Assembly (NCBI GenBank): GCA_018971045.1
Contig: JAGWVF010000007.1
Coordinates: forward strand, 1 to 56,122
Direction: 5' to 3'
Source of the DNA: Patescibacteria group bacterium
Lineage (GTDB): Bacteria; Patescibacteriota; Minisyncoccia; Phycocordibacterales; Phycocordibacteraceae
Length of the DNA stretch: 56,122 nucleotides
Shown here piece after piece: positions 19,508 to 28,661 of this stretch. A program made the position numbers and the translations under genes. How positions within the stretch are numbered: position 1 is the stretch's first letter; each line of letters begins with the position of its first letter. A model generated the notes under the pieces. That model did not search any database. It was given only the letters and a program-made list of their open reading frames with translations, and had not been told where the DNA came from.

Positions 19508-20770
19508 TCATTTGCCGATGACCTCGAATCGCGGACAAGGGACGATGAATTTCCCGCCGCGATTAAGAAACGCCTGTTCGCGGCGAATGAAAGAATCGAT
19601 GAAGTGCCACGGGAGCACGAGCAGATAATCGGGGTTCGCTTTGCGCATCTCCTCGTCAGAAGCAATGGGGATATTCGTACCGACCGTTTTTAATCCGTAT
19701 TTCATCGGCTGCCGTTCGGCGATACCGTCAATAAGAGTGTTGTCGATGCCCCACCACTGCAGGAGCGTGTTCCCTTTCGTCGAGGCGCCGTAGGCCCATA
19801 TGGTCTTACCTCTCGCTTTTTCCGCTTTTAAAAAGGCGAGGGTCTGATCGCGCAGGCCGCAGGCCTTCTCATAAAACGATCGGTACGTGCGGGGATCGGA
19901 GAGATCGAGCGTTTTTTCATGCGAGAGAATCGACGCGACGCGATACGCCGCCACGTCCCGATACGGAGCGGTCGCGTAGAGCGCGGGATCGGCGCCCTTC
20001 GGGCGCATGGAGATCCGGAAACTCCCGCCGTTGACGTCATTGAGTTCGCAATCAACGATCTCGAGATCGTTTCGATCCATGAGGTATTTAAAAGCGGTAA
20101 GCGAATAGTATTCGAGATGCTCGTGGCAAATGTTGTCGAACGCCAGTTGCTGAAGCATCAGCGGGAGGTAGCTCATCTGGACGACCCAGAGGCCGTCGGG
20201 GTCGAGAATCGCCTTGACGTCCTTCACGAACGCGTTCGGATCTTCGAGATCATAAAACATCGCGATGGTGGTGATGATTTTCGCCCGTTTGGCGAACTGC
20301 GCTTGATAGGCCTTCGCTGAAAAATAATCATTTACGAAAAGATCGAAGTGTTGCTGATTGGCTTCTTCATAGGTGTTGTGAGCGGGATCGAAGCCAACCC
20401 GCGTTACCGACGGATCAATGAACGAGAGGAGCGTGCCGTCGTTGCACGCGATGTCGACGAATACGTCGCCGGAGCGAAGGCGCATGAGGCGCGACGTTGA
20501 TTCGGCGATATCGCGCAGCTCTTCAACCATAGACTCATTCGTTCCGGAACGGTACCAGTAGTGCCGATACATGGAGTCGAAGTCGGCCGAGTGGGCGAGC
20601 TGAACTAAACCCGAGTTCGGCGCGAGCATCATCGTGAGAGGAGCTCTCCCGAGGCGGGGACTTTCGTCGGCCGGGAGGAAATCGGAGAGATAGAGATCGC
20701 CGAGCGAAAAGAGCTCGACGAGCGGTTCTCCTGAAATGCGACAAGTCTCCCGCTTCATGGGTGACACCAT
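19508..20770 (-). CDS. NDP-hexose C-methyltransferase-like enzyme (TylC3/EvaC-type architecture)
   Basis: 420 aa. N-terminal Zn-ribbon-like CRISGEPL, a central SAM fold (VFVDIACNDGTLL) and the C-terminal domain typical of sugar C-methyltransferases. An alternative start exists at 20758. Confidence 0.75.
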   Translation of the reverse strand: MVSPMKRETCRISGEPLVELFSLGDLYLSDFLPADESPRLGRAPLTMMLAPNSGLVQLAHSADFDSMYRHYWYRSGTNESMVEELRDIAESTSRLMRLRSGDVFVDIACNDGTLLSFIDPSVTRVGFDPAHNTYEEANQQHFDLFVNDYFSAKAYQAQFAKRAKIITTIAMFYDLEDPNAFVKDVKAILDPDGLWVVQMSYLPLMLQQLAFDNICHEHLEYYSLTAFKYLMDRNDLEIVDCELNDVNGGSFRISMRPKGADPALYATAPYRDVAAYRVASILSHEKTLDLSDPRTYRSFYEKACGLRDQTLAFLKAEKARGKTIWAYGASTKGNTLLQWWGIDNTLIDGIAERQPMKYGLKTVGTNIPIASDEEMRKANPDYLLVLPWHFIDSFIRREQAFLNRGGKFIVPCPRFEVIGK

Positions 20771-20851
20771 GATATCCTATGATCCGTTGCGTATCAAGGA
20801 AGCATGCGATATTCTGGATGCCACTACTCGCTCTGTGACAATGGGGACGGC

Positions 20852-21559
20852 ATGAACAAAACGATTATCATCATCCCGACCTACAACGAGGCTGAAAATA
20901 TCGAATCCATCATCACGCGAGTCCGCGAGTTCGAGCCGGCCGTGGATATTCTCGTCGTTGACGATAATTCGCCCGACGGCACCGGCGCGTTTGTCGAGCG
21001 GAAAATGAAAACGGATCCCCGTCTCGCGCTATTGAAGCGCCGCGGGAAAGAGGGCCTCGGTAAGGCCTACCTCCACGCGTTCCGCGAAGTTTTGAACGAT
21101 CCGAGCGTCGAGTGGATCCAGATGCTCGACGCCGATTTCTCTCACGACCCGAAGTACCTCCCTCAAATCTTCTCCCAGGCGAACGATGCCGACATGATTA
21201 TCGGATCACGCTACGTCTCGGGCGGCGGGACAGTCGGATGGGTGCTGTGGCGGCGCCTCTTGTCGCGATTCGCGAATGCGTACTGCCGCCTGATCACGGG
21301 AATGCCCATCCGCGACGCGACCGCCGGATTTATTTTGATGCGGACCAGCCTCATGCGAGAAGCTCGGCTTGACGACATGCGCTCGCGCGGCCACTCCTTT
21401 ATGATGGAGCTCAAGCACCGCCTCTGGAAGACGGGCGCGCGCGTCGTCGAGGTACCCGTTCTCCTTGAGGACCGGTATCAAGGGAAGTCGAAGATGTCCA
21501 AAGAGGCGATCGGCGAGGCCGTTCTGGCGCCATGGAAAATGCGTTTCGGAAAATCATAA
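20852..21559 (+). CDS. Polyprenyl-phosphate mannose synthase (GT2, DPM1/Ppm1-like)
   Basis: MNKTIIIIPTYNEAENI...VVDDNSPDGTG...GKEGLGKAYLHAF...LDADFSHDP...RDATAGF. The start is taken at MNKT; the ORF track start is 20804. Confidence 0.9.
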   Translation: MNKTIIIIPTYNEAENIESIITRVREFEPAVDILVVDDNSPDGTGAFVERKMKTDPRLALLKRRGKEGLGKAYLHAFREVLNDPSVEWIQMLDADFSHDPKYLPQIFSQANDADMIIGSRYVSGGGTVGWVLWRRLLSRFANAYCRLITGMPIRDATAGFILMRTSLMREARLDDMRSRGHSFMMELKHRLWKTGARVVEVPVLLEDRYQGKSKMSKEAIGEAVLAPWKMRFGKS

Positions 21560-23289
21560 CGCGGCATGCGGCGGCGCTGGCGCTCGCCCTGATGGTGGGC
21601 GCCCTCTATGCCGGCCCTGACGTGTATCACGCCTTTACTCCGGGCTACCGGGGAGTGCCGATGATGAACGCCACGGACGAAGATTTTTATCTCACCGTAA
21701 TTCATAAAAGCTCCACGAGTTCCGGCCTCGTTCAAAATCCCTTTAACTACGAGTATCGCGCTCAGGGCAATCCGTTTCAGTATTTCTTTATCGAATACGC
21801 ATTAGGGCACCTCGGGTCATTCTTCCATCTCGGCCTCGATCAGCTCGTCATCATGATGGAGCTCGTGTTCCCCGCTCTTCTTACCTTGCTCACCTACGCA
21901 TTTGGCTATTGGCTCTCCCGAAGCCGGCTCACCGGCCTCCTCGTCGCCGCCGCGCTTCTCCTTGGGAATGAAATCGTGCATCCTGACGGTCTGGCGAATC
22001 TCGCGAACACCTTTCTCCTCCGCGGGTCGGCGCATGATTTCCTGACGTATATGCGCCCGATCAACCCTCAAGAGAGTTCGCTTTTCTTTTTTGGAACGCT
22101 CTTTTCCTTTGCGCTCCTCGCGCGCCATCCCCATAAGCGATGGTGGCGCGCGCTGACCGGCGGGCTTATCGGCGTCCTCGCATACATTTATCTGTATTAT
22201 TGGATCTTCGCGGCCATCGCGCTCGGCGTGTTCCTCGTGGACCGGCTAGTCGCCCGAGACTGGCGCGGACTGGCGGCCTACGCCGAGGCCGGAGTATGGG
22301 CGCTTCTCTCGATGACTCCCTTCATCATCACGAATCTCAGCCTCGCGCTTCACGGAGGAACGAGCGCGCTCACCGAGGCCATTCCCACGCACCGCTTCAT
22401 CGTCGAGAAACTGATTCTCTTCCCGCTCGGCCTCTATCTCCTGATCGCGCTCTGGGGACGGAAAAAGCGCGACAGCTGGGCCGCTCTGTTCTCCTCAAAG
22501 TATCGAGTCATTCTTCTCTTTCTGATTACAAGCTTACTCGTATCGAATCATCAAGTGCTTGATGGGCGGCTGTATTACCAGCAACATTTTCACTTCTTCA
22601 CGAACATTCCTATTCTCCTTATCGCCCTTGCCGTGCTCGGCGGGGAGCTTCTGGAACGATTCCCCGTCAAGTATCGAGTCGGAACGGCGGCGGGGGTGAT
22701 CCTCGTGTGCGCGAGCTTCTGTATCGGCGTGGACGTGTCCTCGTACCGCGCGCACGCGAACGAGGCGTCGCGATTCCAGGCGCTGTCGGGCGTTGCCGCG
22801 TACTTGGACAAGTACGCTGATCCGGTCGTGATTGCCGATGGAACGCTCTCGACCCGCATCACGGCTCTCTCGGGAGCGTACGCGTATGGAGCCGGCGGTA
22901 CCGACGCGACCTTCGGAGTACCTTTTGAACGGATCAGAAACAATTATTTCGTCTCTCTTCGATTGGAGGGGATCACTCCGGCTACTCTCCGGCCGTATCT
23001 CGACGCTCATCGCGACGAGGCGAGCGCCGCTCTCTTTATCGCTACGTATTGGCGAGACTTCTGCGGGTCATACGGCTGTTTTCCTGATTCCGTACTGGAT
23101 GCGCTGGTCGCGGCGTATCGCGACTTTTATGCTTCGCCATTCCGCGACGAGATCAATCGCGCCCGCGCCGACTTCGTGCTCTGGGACACGGTGAGCGATC
23201 CCGCGTGGGGCGCTTCACCGCTCCTCAAAAGCGCGCCGGTTTATCAAAATGGAGACTTTAAGGTGTATGCGCTCCACGCGCCTTCCTGA
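21532..23289 (+). CDS. Polytopic membrane protein, possibly a GT-C-fold glycosyltransferase
   Basis: 585 aa with many hydrophobic helices and a soluble C-terminal domain of about 150 aa. It overlaps the Ppm synthase stop by 28 nt. Function is inferred from context only. Confidence 0.6.
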   Translation: MENAFRKIITRHAAALALALMVGALYAGPDVYHAFTPGYRGVPMMNATDEDFYLTVIHKSSTSSGLVQNPFNYEYRAQGNPFQYFFIEYALGHLGSFFHLGLDQLVIMMELVFPALLTLLTYAFGYWLSRSRLTGLLVAAALLLGNEIVHPDGLANLANTFLLRGSAHDFLTYMRPINPQESSLFFFGTLFSFALLARHPHKRWWRALTGGLIGVLAYIYLYYWIFAAIALGVFLVDRLVARDWRGLAAYAEAGVWALLSMTPFIITNLSLALHGGTSALTEAIPTHRFIVEKLILFPLGLYLLIALWGRKKRDSWAALFSSKYRVILLFLITSLLVSNHQVLDGRLYYQQHFHFFTNIPILLIALAVLGGELLERFPVKYRVGTAAGVILVCASFCIGVDVSSYRAHANEASRFQALSGVAAYLDKYADPVVIADGTLSTRITALSGAYAYGAGGTDATFGVPFERIRNNYFVSLRLEGITPATLRPYLDAHRDEASAALFIATYWRDFCGSYGCFPDSVLDALVAAYRDFYASPFRDEINRARADFVLWDTVSDPAWGASPLLKSAPVYQNGDFKVYALHAPS

Positions 23290-23326
23290 AGAAACGTTCG
23301 TACTAATGCCTTATTTATATAGAGGT

Positions 23327-24571
23327 TTATACCACACGAAATAATTTCTCGTAGGCAGCGGCCTGCTCTCCGACGGTAAACTCGGTACTCACCCGCGCGC
23401 GGCCCGCCGCGCCCATCGCTCGGGATTTGCTCGGATTGCTCAAGAGATCGATGAGCTTCGCCGCGAGCGTCTCGATATCAGAGGGGTTCACGATGTATCC
23501 GGTCGTGCCGTCCTCGACGGCCTCGCGCGAGCCGCCGAAGCAGGTGGCGACGATGGGCTTCCCGCACGCCATCGCTTCAAGATTCATCGTCGGGAACGAG
23601 TCGAAGCAGAGCGAGGGTACGGCGACGACGGCCGCCGCGTAGTAGGCTTGGTGGAGCGTGCGCCCCTCGATCCAGCCGGTGAAGATAAGTTTGTCGATGA
23701 TGCCGAGATCGCGCGCGAGCGCGAGCATTCGGTCGGCATACGCGTCTTTCTGTCCGAGAATAAGAAGCTCGGCCTCCGGCACTTCGCTCACTATGCGCGC
23801 GAGCGCCTTGATAATATTCACCGCGCCCTTCACCCCCGAGAGCCGCCCGCCAAAGAGAATCGCCGAATCGCCTATCCGATGCGCTCGCTTGAAGTCGGCG
23901 ATATCCTCGACTGGTTCTTCCCACTCGCGGACGTCAATGCCGTTGTGAATTGTCTGGACATTCCCGATGCCGTTATCGGCGAGCGCCTGTTTGAGCGCGT
24001 CGCTCACCGCCACGATGCGATCAACCGATTGTCGGAGCGTGCGGCGAATGAGGAAATTGCGGAGCGGGTTGTAGCGAAAGCGCTGTTCACGAAGCTGTTG
24101 CCACGCGCTCACGCGATAGTTAAAGGCGGTCGGCACCGAGAGATCATTTGGATTAATAAAGCTGGTGAGCTTCCCATAATTAAATGTCATCACGTCATGA
24201 GCGGTGAGAATGACGTGGGCGCCAAGCCGCTTGGCCGCGATAAGCGAGCGGTACGAGAGGTAGGCGTGCACGTTGTGAGCGTGGACGACATCAGGTTTGA
24301 AATCCGACAGAATCCGCCTCACGCGCCGCGCTACCGGTACGTTCCAGAGGCTCACATAGGCCTGGAAACGCAGATCATACGCCGTCGCGATCGTATGAAC
24401 CGTAAGGCCTTCGACGAGACGCTCGCCTGCATCCTGCGGATCGCGCGACGTCGTGATGACGATCATCTCGTGGCCGCGCTTCTTGAGCGCTTTGGCGAGC
24501 GCGAAGGCGACGGCGTCGGCGCCGCCCGAGCCCCGGGGCGGAAAAGTGTCGCTGAGGACGGCGATTTTCAT
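23327..24571 (-). CDS. Glycosyltransferase family 4
   Basis: 414 aa. MKIAVLSDTFPPRGSGGADAV...GGRLSGVKG...PSLCFDSFPTMNLEAMACGKPIVAT. Confidence 0.9.
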   Translation of the reverse strand: MKIAVLSDTFPPRGSGGADAVAFALAKALKKRGHEMIVITTSRDPQDAGERLVEGLTVHTIATAYDLRFQAYVSLWNVPVARRVRRILSDFKPDVVHAHNVHAYLSYRSLIAAKRLGAHVILTAHDVMTFNYGKLTSFINPNDLSVPTAFNYRVSAWQQLREQRFRYNPLRNFLIRRTLRQSVDRIVAVSDALKQALADNGIGNVQTIHNGIDVREWEEPVEDIADFKRAHRIGDSAILFGGRLSGVKGAVNIIKALARIVSEVPEAELLILGQKDAYADRMLALARDLGIIDKLIFTGWIEGRTLHQAYYAAAVVAVPSLCFDSFPTMNLEAMACGKPIVATCFGGSREAVEDGTTGYIVNPSDIETLAAKLIDLLSNPSKSRAMGAAGRARVSTEFTVGEQAAAYEKLFRVV

Positions 24572-25308
24572 ACGGCCGAGACGAGCGCGCTGTTTGCTAC
24601 CGCCCGATACGCGCCCGTATGCGCGCGCATATACGCGAGTACGCGCTCAAGCTCCTCCCACATCTGGTAGCGATCAATCTCCCACGAATGTCCCCAGAGA
24701 TGGAAGACTTCTCCGCGCGAAAGCGCGATGTCAAAAGCCGCGTGCGCCGTCGTCTCCCACGAACGGAAGGCGGTAAGCGGCACGCCGAGCTTGCGGAGCC
24801 CGGGCGCGCGTTCCTGAAAGGGCTGAAGGAGCTTCCCCCAATAGTAGGCGTGCGGGCCGATCTTGCGAAACGGCATCGGGTACACCGCGAGCGTCGTCGG
24901 CATCTGGTACGGATTCGCGGGAAGATCGACGTCGGCGAGACGCGTAGTGCGCGCCCCGAGAAATCCGGACTCGCGGACAATCCGCTCGTCGTCGGCGTCG
25001 AAGTGCCCCGCCGGATAGCAGAACAGCGGCGCTTCCCTTCCTGCCACATCCTCGAGCCACTGCTTTGATCCCGCGATCTCGCGCCGCTTCTCTTCGAGCG
25101 AGAGCGTCCGGAGATCCGGGTGCGTGAGCGAGTGCGCGCCGACCTCGTGCCGCAGCGCGAGATCGCGAATGGCGTCGTCCGACAATCGGTTCCCGCGATA
25201 GTCGCGCGTTATGTAGAACGTGCCGGTAAGGTCATACTTCTCGAGGAGCGCCGCGAGACGCGCATCGAGCGCGTCGCCGTCGTCCCAGCTGGTAGTAACT
25301 AAAAGCAT
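24568..25308 (-). CDS. Polysaccharide deacetylase (CE4-like)
   Basis: 246 aa. LVTTSWDDGD...TGTFYI...HEVGAHSLTHPDL. Its stop overlaps the downstream GT4 start by 4 nt. Confidence 0.85.
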   Translation of the reverse strand: MLLVTTSWDDGDALDARLAALLEKYDLTGTFYITRDYRGNRLSDDAIRDLALRHEVGAHSLTHPDLRTLSLEEKRREIAGSKQWLEDVAGREAPLFCYPAGHFDADDERIVRESGFLGARTTRLADVDLPANPYQMPTTLAVYPMPFRKIGPHAYYWGKLLQPFQERAPGLRKLGVPLTAFRSWETTAHAAFDIALSRGEVFHLWGHSWEIDRYQMWEELERVLAYMRAHTGAYRAVANSALVSAV

Positions 25309-25449
25309 ACGTATATATTCCCTCTAACCACCGTACGGTCGATGAGGTAGCGGACGTTACTGAATAGTATACAGGATAAAGTCGCCACTGGTAACAATGC
25401 GGTATAACACATTTCGTACATTATGAGAGAGATACTGTAGTATATCGGC

Positions 25450-26973
25450 ATGTCATTACGCAGAGGACTCTCCGTAGCCGCGCTCATCGTGACATTTATT
25501 GTCGCGGTGACACTGGCCTTGATCGTCGCGAATCACCGTTACAAAGAGATCACAAATGGAAATGTCGATTATTCTTATTTCCTTCAATTCACCGTTAGAG
25601 CATTCGACCCGTCGATCGTTCCCATTATATCGATTAATCCTCCGCAGCCGGGGAGGGATTTAACTTTTATGGAAGGAGCCGACAGCGGCTCTGGTATTTG
25701 GCAATGGGTACACTTCGAGCCAATAAAAATCGGCTCTGCACTCTTGTATACACTGACTCATTCGATTTCCGCCTCATTTGGCTTCTACGTTGTCCTATTC
25801 TTTTTGCCGCTACTGTATGGGGCATTTCTTCTCTTGAAGCGTGTCGCGCACGACGACATCCTCACCGTGGCGCTTATTGCGCTCGCGACATACCCCTCAA
25901 GCCTCCTCTACGCCACTGGCAACCTGCGTCCTTTTTTTGTACTCCCTTCTCTTTTTGTTTGTTTCGCTCTCTCCATGGCGTATCGCCGCCCTCTTGCGGA
26001 GAAGATACTCTTCTTTTCTTTATTTCTCCTTGTTCGAGAAGAGGCGTTGGTTCTATCGGCGGCGATTCTTATCTGGGAATTCCTGCGCAACCGTCGGGAG
26101 GGACAATCAAATAAGAGCACGTTTATTCTTTTCTGCATCTGGCTTGGATGGCTTACGGTAACCGTGCTGTATTTCTTTAATACGGGATACACCATGCATC
26201 CTCCTCTCCCCTTTAGCGTCCTTATCCCTGCGGCGCTGGCCTGTCTTGGAGCGCTAATAGCGCTTCTGTGGTGGTTTTGGCGCGAGGGTGCCCGGGCGTG
26301 GCCCTTTGTTCCGGAGGTATTTTTTGGGCTGATTACCATCATCCCGGTAAGCATCGCTTCCGGCTTTTCTGACACGCTTCAATTGTCGCCCCTGCGCATC
26401 ATCTACGGCCGATACGGGTTGACGCTGTTCTCTATTCTCGTCGTCCTCTTCATATTGTATGTCTGCGGCCGCCGCCAAGCGTTTCTGGTGAGGAAACTCG
26501 GGATGCTCTTTTTCATACTGTGCATCGGATTTGGCGTCGCGAGCGAGCTTGTTCCTCACGCTTCGTCCGTTCTCGCTTATATGGCGCGCTGGGATGCAAG
26601 GGCACAAGATGAAGCATTCGTATACCGAGTAGCCGCAAGCATCCCGAAGAGCACTCCGGTGCTACTCGATACTATGACTATGGTTGCTTTCTACGACCAT
26701 GACTATACCTATGCTTACGATCTTCTGCCGTATCGATTGCATGACAATATTTATGGCCGTGATTACCCAGCCAATCTTGGGGAGCTCAGAACCTTTATTC
26801 AATCAGGAAACATCCCCTATGCTGTCTTGATGAATTCAGATGCCGGACCTCTACTCGAGCTTCTCCAGCAGTCTGGTCGAGATGTCGTTCTCGTTGAAAA
26901 AAATAAAACCTTTTCCTTCTATCGCATTGAGCCCGATTCCCGTCCCCAGACCCAGAAGAATGAGCCAATGTAG
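25450..26973 (+). CDS. Polytopic membrane protein of unknown function, possibly a GT-C/DUF2079-like glycan-processing enzyme
   Basis: 507 aa with 10 or more hydrophobic segments and a soluble C-terminal domain. TAGTAT-6 nt-ATG lies upstream. Confidence 0.7.
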   Translation: MSLRRGLSVAALIVTFIVAVTLALIVANHRYKEITNGNVDYSYFLQFTVRAFDPSIVPIISINPPQPGRDLTFMEGADSGSGIWQWVHFEPIKIGSALLYTLTHSISASFGFYVVLFFLPLLYGAFLLLKRVAHDDILTVALIALATYPSSLLYATGNLRPFFVLPSLFVCFALSMAYRRPLAEKILFFSLFLLVREEALVLSAAILIWEFLRNRREGQSNKSTFILFCIWLGWLTVTVLYFFNTGYTMHPPLPFSVLIPAALACLGALIALLWWFWREGARAWPFVPEVFFGLITIIPVSIASGFSDTLQLSPLRIIYGRYGLTLFSILVVLFILYVCGRRQAFLVRKLGMLFFILCIGFGVASELVPHASSVLAYMARWDARAQDEAFVYRVAASIPKSTPVLLDTMTMVAFYDHDYTYAYDLLPYRLHDNIYGRDYPANLGELRTFIQSGNIPYAVLMNSDAGPLLELLQQSGRDVVLVEKNKTFSFYRIEPDSRPQTQKNEPM

Positions 26974-27500
26974 GTAACGAGGGTGCCGAGCACAACGCCC
27001 GAGAGATAGGCGATCCACAATGCGACGGGCGCGTTCCCTGCGGCCATTTCCGTCGCACGGACGAATGCCCATTGGAGGAGCATCGAGCCGGCTGACAGCG
27101 CCTGGAAACGAATGATCTTGCGGGAGAACGGCGCTGAGTCGGGAACACGATCTTTGAATGAAATCCGTTCGTGCATGAAGAAATTCATGAATACCGCGAG
27201 CTCGCCGGCGATGATGACCACCGTGCTCGGCGGCAGGATCCGGAGCCAAATGCCGAAGATCTGAAAGAGCGCCGCTTGAAAGGCGAGGCCGATCGCGCCG
27301 ACGAGCACCACGCGCAGGAAACGCCACTCGCGCAGCGCTTGAAGACGCGTGAGGAGCGTTGCCCGGAGCGGAGTCGCGCCGACGAGCGCCGCGCTCTTCG
27401 AGAGATTGTGGTCGCGTATGCGGAAGAAAGCGATCGGGATCCGCGCAGAGAGGTCGCCGAATCGGCGGAGCAACTTCCGAATGAGAATAGCTGGCCGCAT
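26919..27500 (-). CDS. GtrA-family membrane protein
   Basis: 193 aa. WRFLRVVLVGAIGLAFQAALFQIF...FFMHERISF is the GtrA pattern. The 3' end overlaps the convergent gene by 55 nt. Confidence 0.7.
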   Translation of the reverse strand: MRPAILIRKLLRRFGDLSARIPIAFFRIRDHNLSKSAALVGATPLRATLLTRLQALREWRFLRVVLVGAIGLAFQAALFQIFGIWLRILPPSTVVIIAGELAVFMNFFMHERISFKDRVPDSAPFSRKIIRFQALSAGSMLLQWAFVRATEMAAGNAPVALWIAYLSGVVLGTLVTYIGSFFWVWGRESGSMR

Positions 27501-27509
27501 GGGGTCTAT

Positions 27510-28655
27510 TTAACCCGCTCGATCCCGATTTTCAAAGCCGACTGGCGCCACCGCCTCGATCGCTTGGATGACCATCGGGACCGTGATCGCCTCGACCTGC
27601 CGGCGCGCTTCACGCGCATCGTAGCGGCGCGCGTTCATGAGCGACAAGGCCGGCCTCGCGCGCGGCGCGACCACGACCGCATGATGCGGACCGATTGGCG
27701 GCTGTTCCCGCTCGTCGACGGGGCCGACAATATCGACCGTCGTCACGCCGAATGATTCGGCGATATAGATCGGTCCCGTATCCGCGCTTACGAAAAGAAC
27801 GGCGCGCGCCACGAGCGCTTTAAGCTCGTCAATGGAAAGCCGGTCTCCCGCGTCAATGACGCCCTCGCTCGCCTCAAGTGCGGACATCATCGCCGCCACT
27901 TCTTCAATGTCCCGAGGGCCGCCGATCACCACGACGGGGAGTCCGCGCGACGCGAGATATTCCGCGACGCGCGCAAATCGATCCGCGGGCCAGTTCTTAA
28001 TTTTATTTCCCGCCGACGGCGACATGACGGCGAATCGCTTTTCGACAAGGCGGTTAGAACGAAGAAACGCATCGACCGTTCGGCGCGCCGTATCGGAATA
28101 CACGACCTGTTTCGTCGTATCGTCGGTAATGATCCCGATCGGCTCCAATAGCCGGAGGTATTCCCGCGGCGCGTAGTTCCCCATCCGGTGCGGCACGCAA
28201 AGCGCGAGAAGGCGCAAGAGCTTGTAGGGGCGCGTCTCATACGGCGTATAGCCGCCCGAGACGATCGGTACGGCGATGCACGGCACTCCGGCGAGATACG
28301 CCGCGGCAAGCGCCTCCATGCTCGGCCCCGTCACGCAGAGAAAATCGAGATGCCGGCGGCGCATCTCGCTCGCCATGCGGAATATGTTCGGTTGCCACAC
28401 GCAGTATTCGTCCACGGTCGGGAGGCCGTCCAACACTTGTTTATTGATACTGTTACCGAAGACGCTCACGCGGGCGTCCGGGTACCGCCGCTTCACTGCG
28501 GCAAACATCGGCGTCGTACAGACCATGTCGCCGAGCTTTGCGAGCTGTACCACTCCTATCCGCGCCGGATCGATGATGCGGCGCGTCGCCCGGCCGCGAA
28601 ACGGCGCATACCCGAGACAGAGCGCGCTTACGAGAAGAGTGGTGAGGCGATGCAT
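27510..28655 (-). CDS. Glycosyltransferase family 9 (heptosyltransferase-like)
   Basis: 381 aa. IGVVQLAKLGDMVCTTPMFAAVKRRYPDARV...VSADTGPIYIAESFGVTTV is the typical GT9 pattern. Confidence 0.85.
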   Translation of the reverse strand: MHRLTTLLVSALCLGYAPFRGRATRRIIDPARIGVVQLAKLGDMVCTTPMFAAVKRRYPDARVSVFGNSINKQVLDGLPTVDEYCVWQPNIFRMASEMRRRHLDFLCVTGPSMEALAAAYLAGVPCIAVPIVSGGYTPYETRPYKLLRLLALCVPHRMGNYAPREYLRLLEPIGIITDDTTKQVVYSDTARRTVDAFLRSNRLVEKRFAVMSPSAGNKIKNWPADRFARVAEYLASRGLPVVVIGGPRDIEEVAAMMSALEASEGVIDAGDRLSIDELKALVARAVLFVSADTGPIYIAESFGVTTVDIVGPVDEREQPPIGPHHAVVVAPRARPALSLMNARRYDAREARRQVEAITVPMVIQAIEAVAPVGFENRDRAG

Positions 28656-28661
28656 ACCGGA

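Noticed and set aside
23648-24670. 340-aa ORF on the plus strand
   Set aside because: It is antisense to the well-supported GT4 gene at 23327-24571. The translation is Arg-rich with no recognisable motifs.
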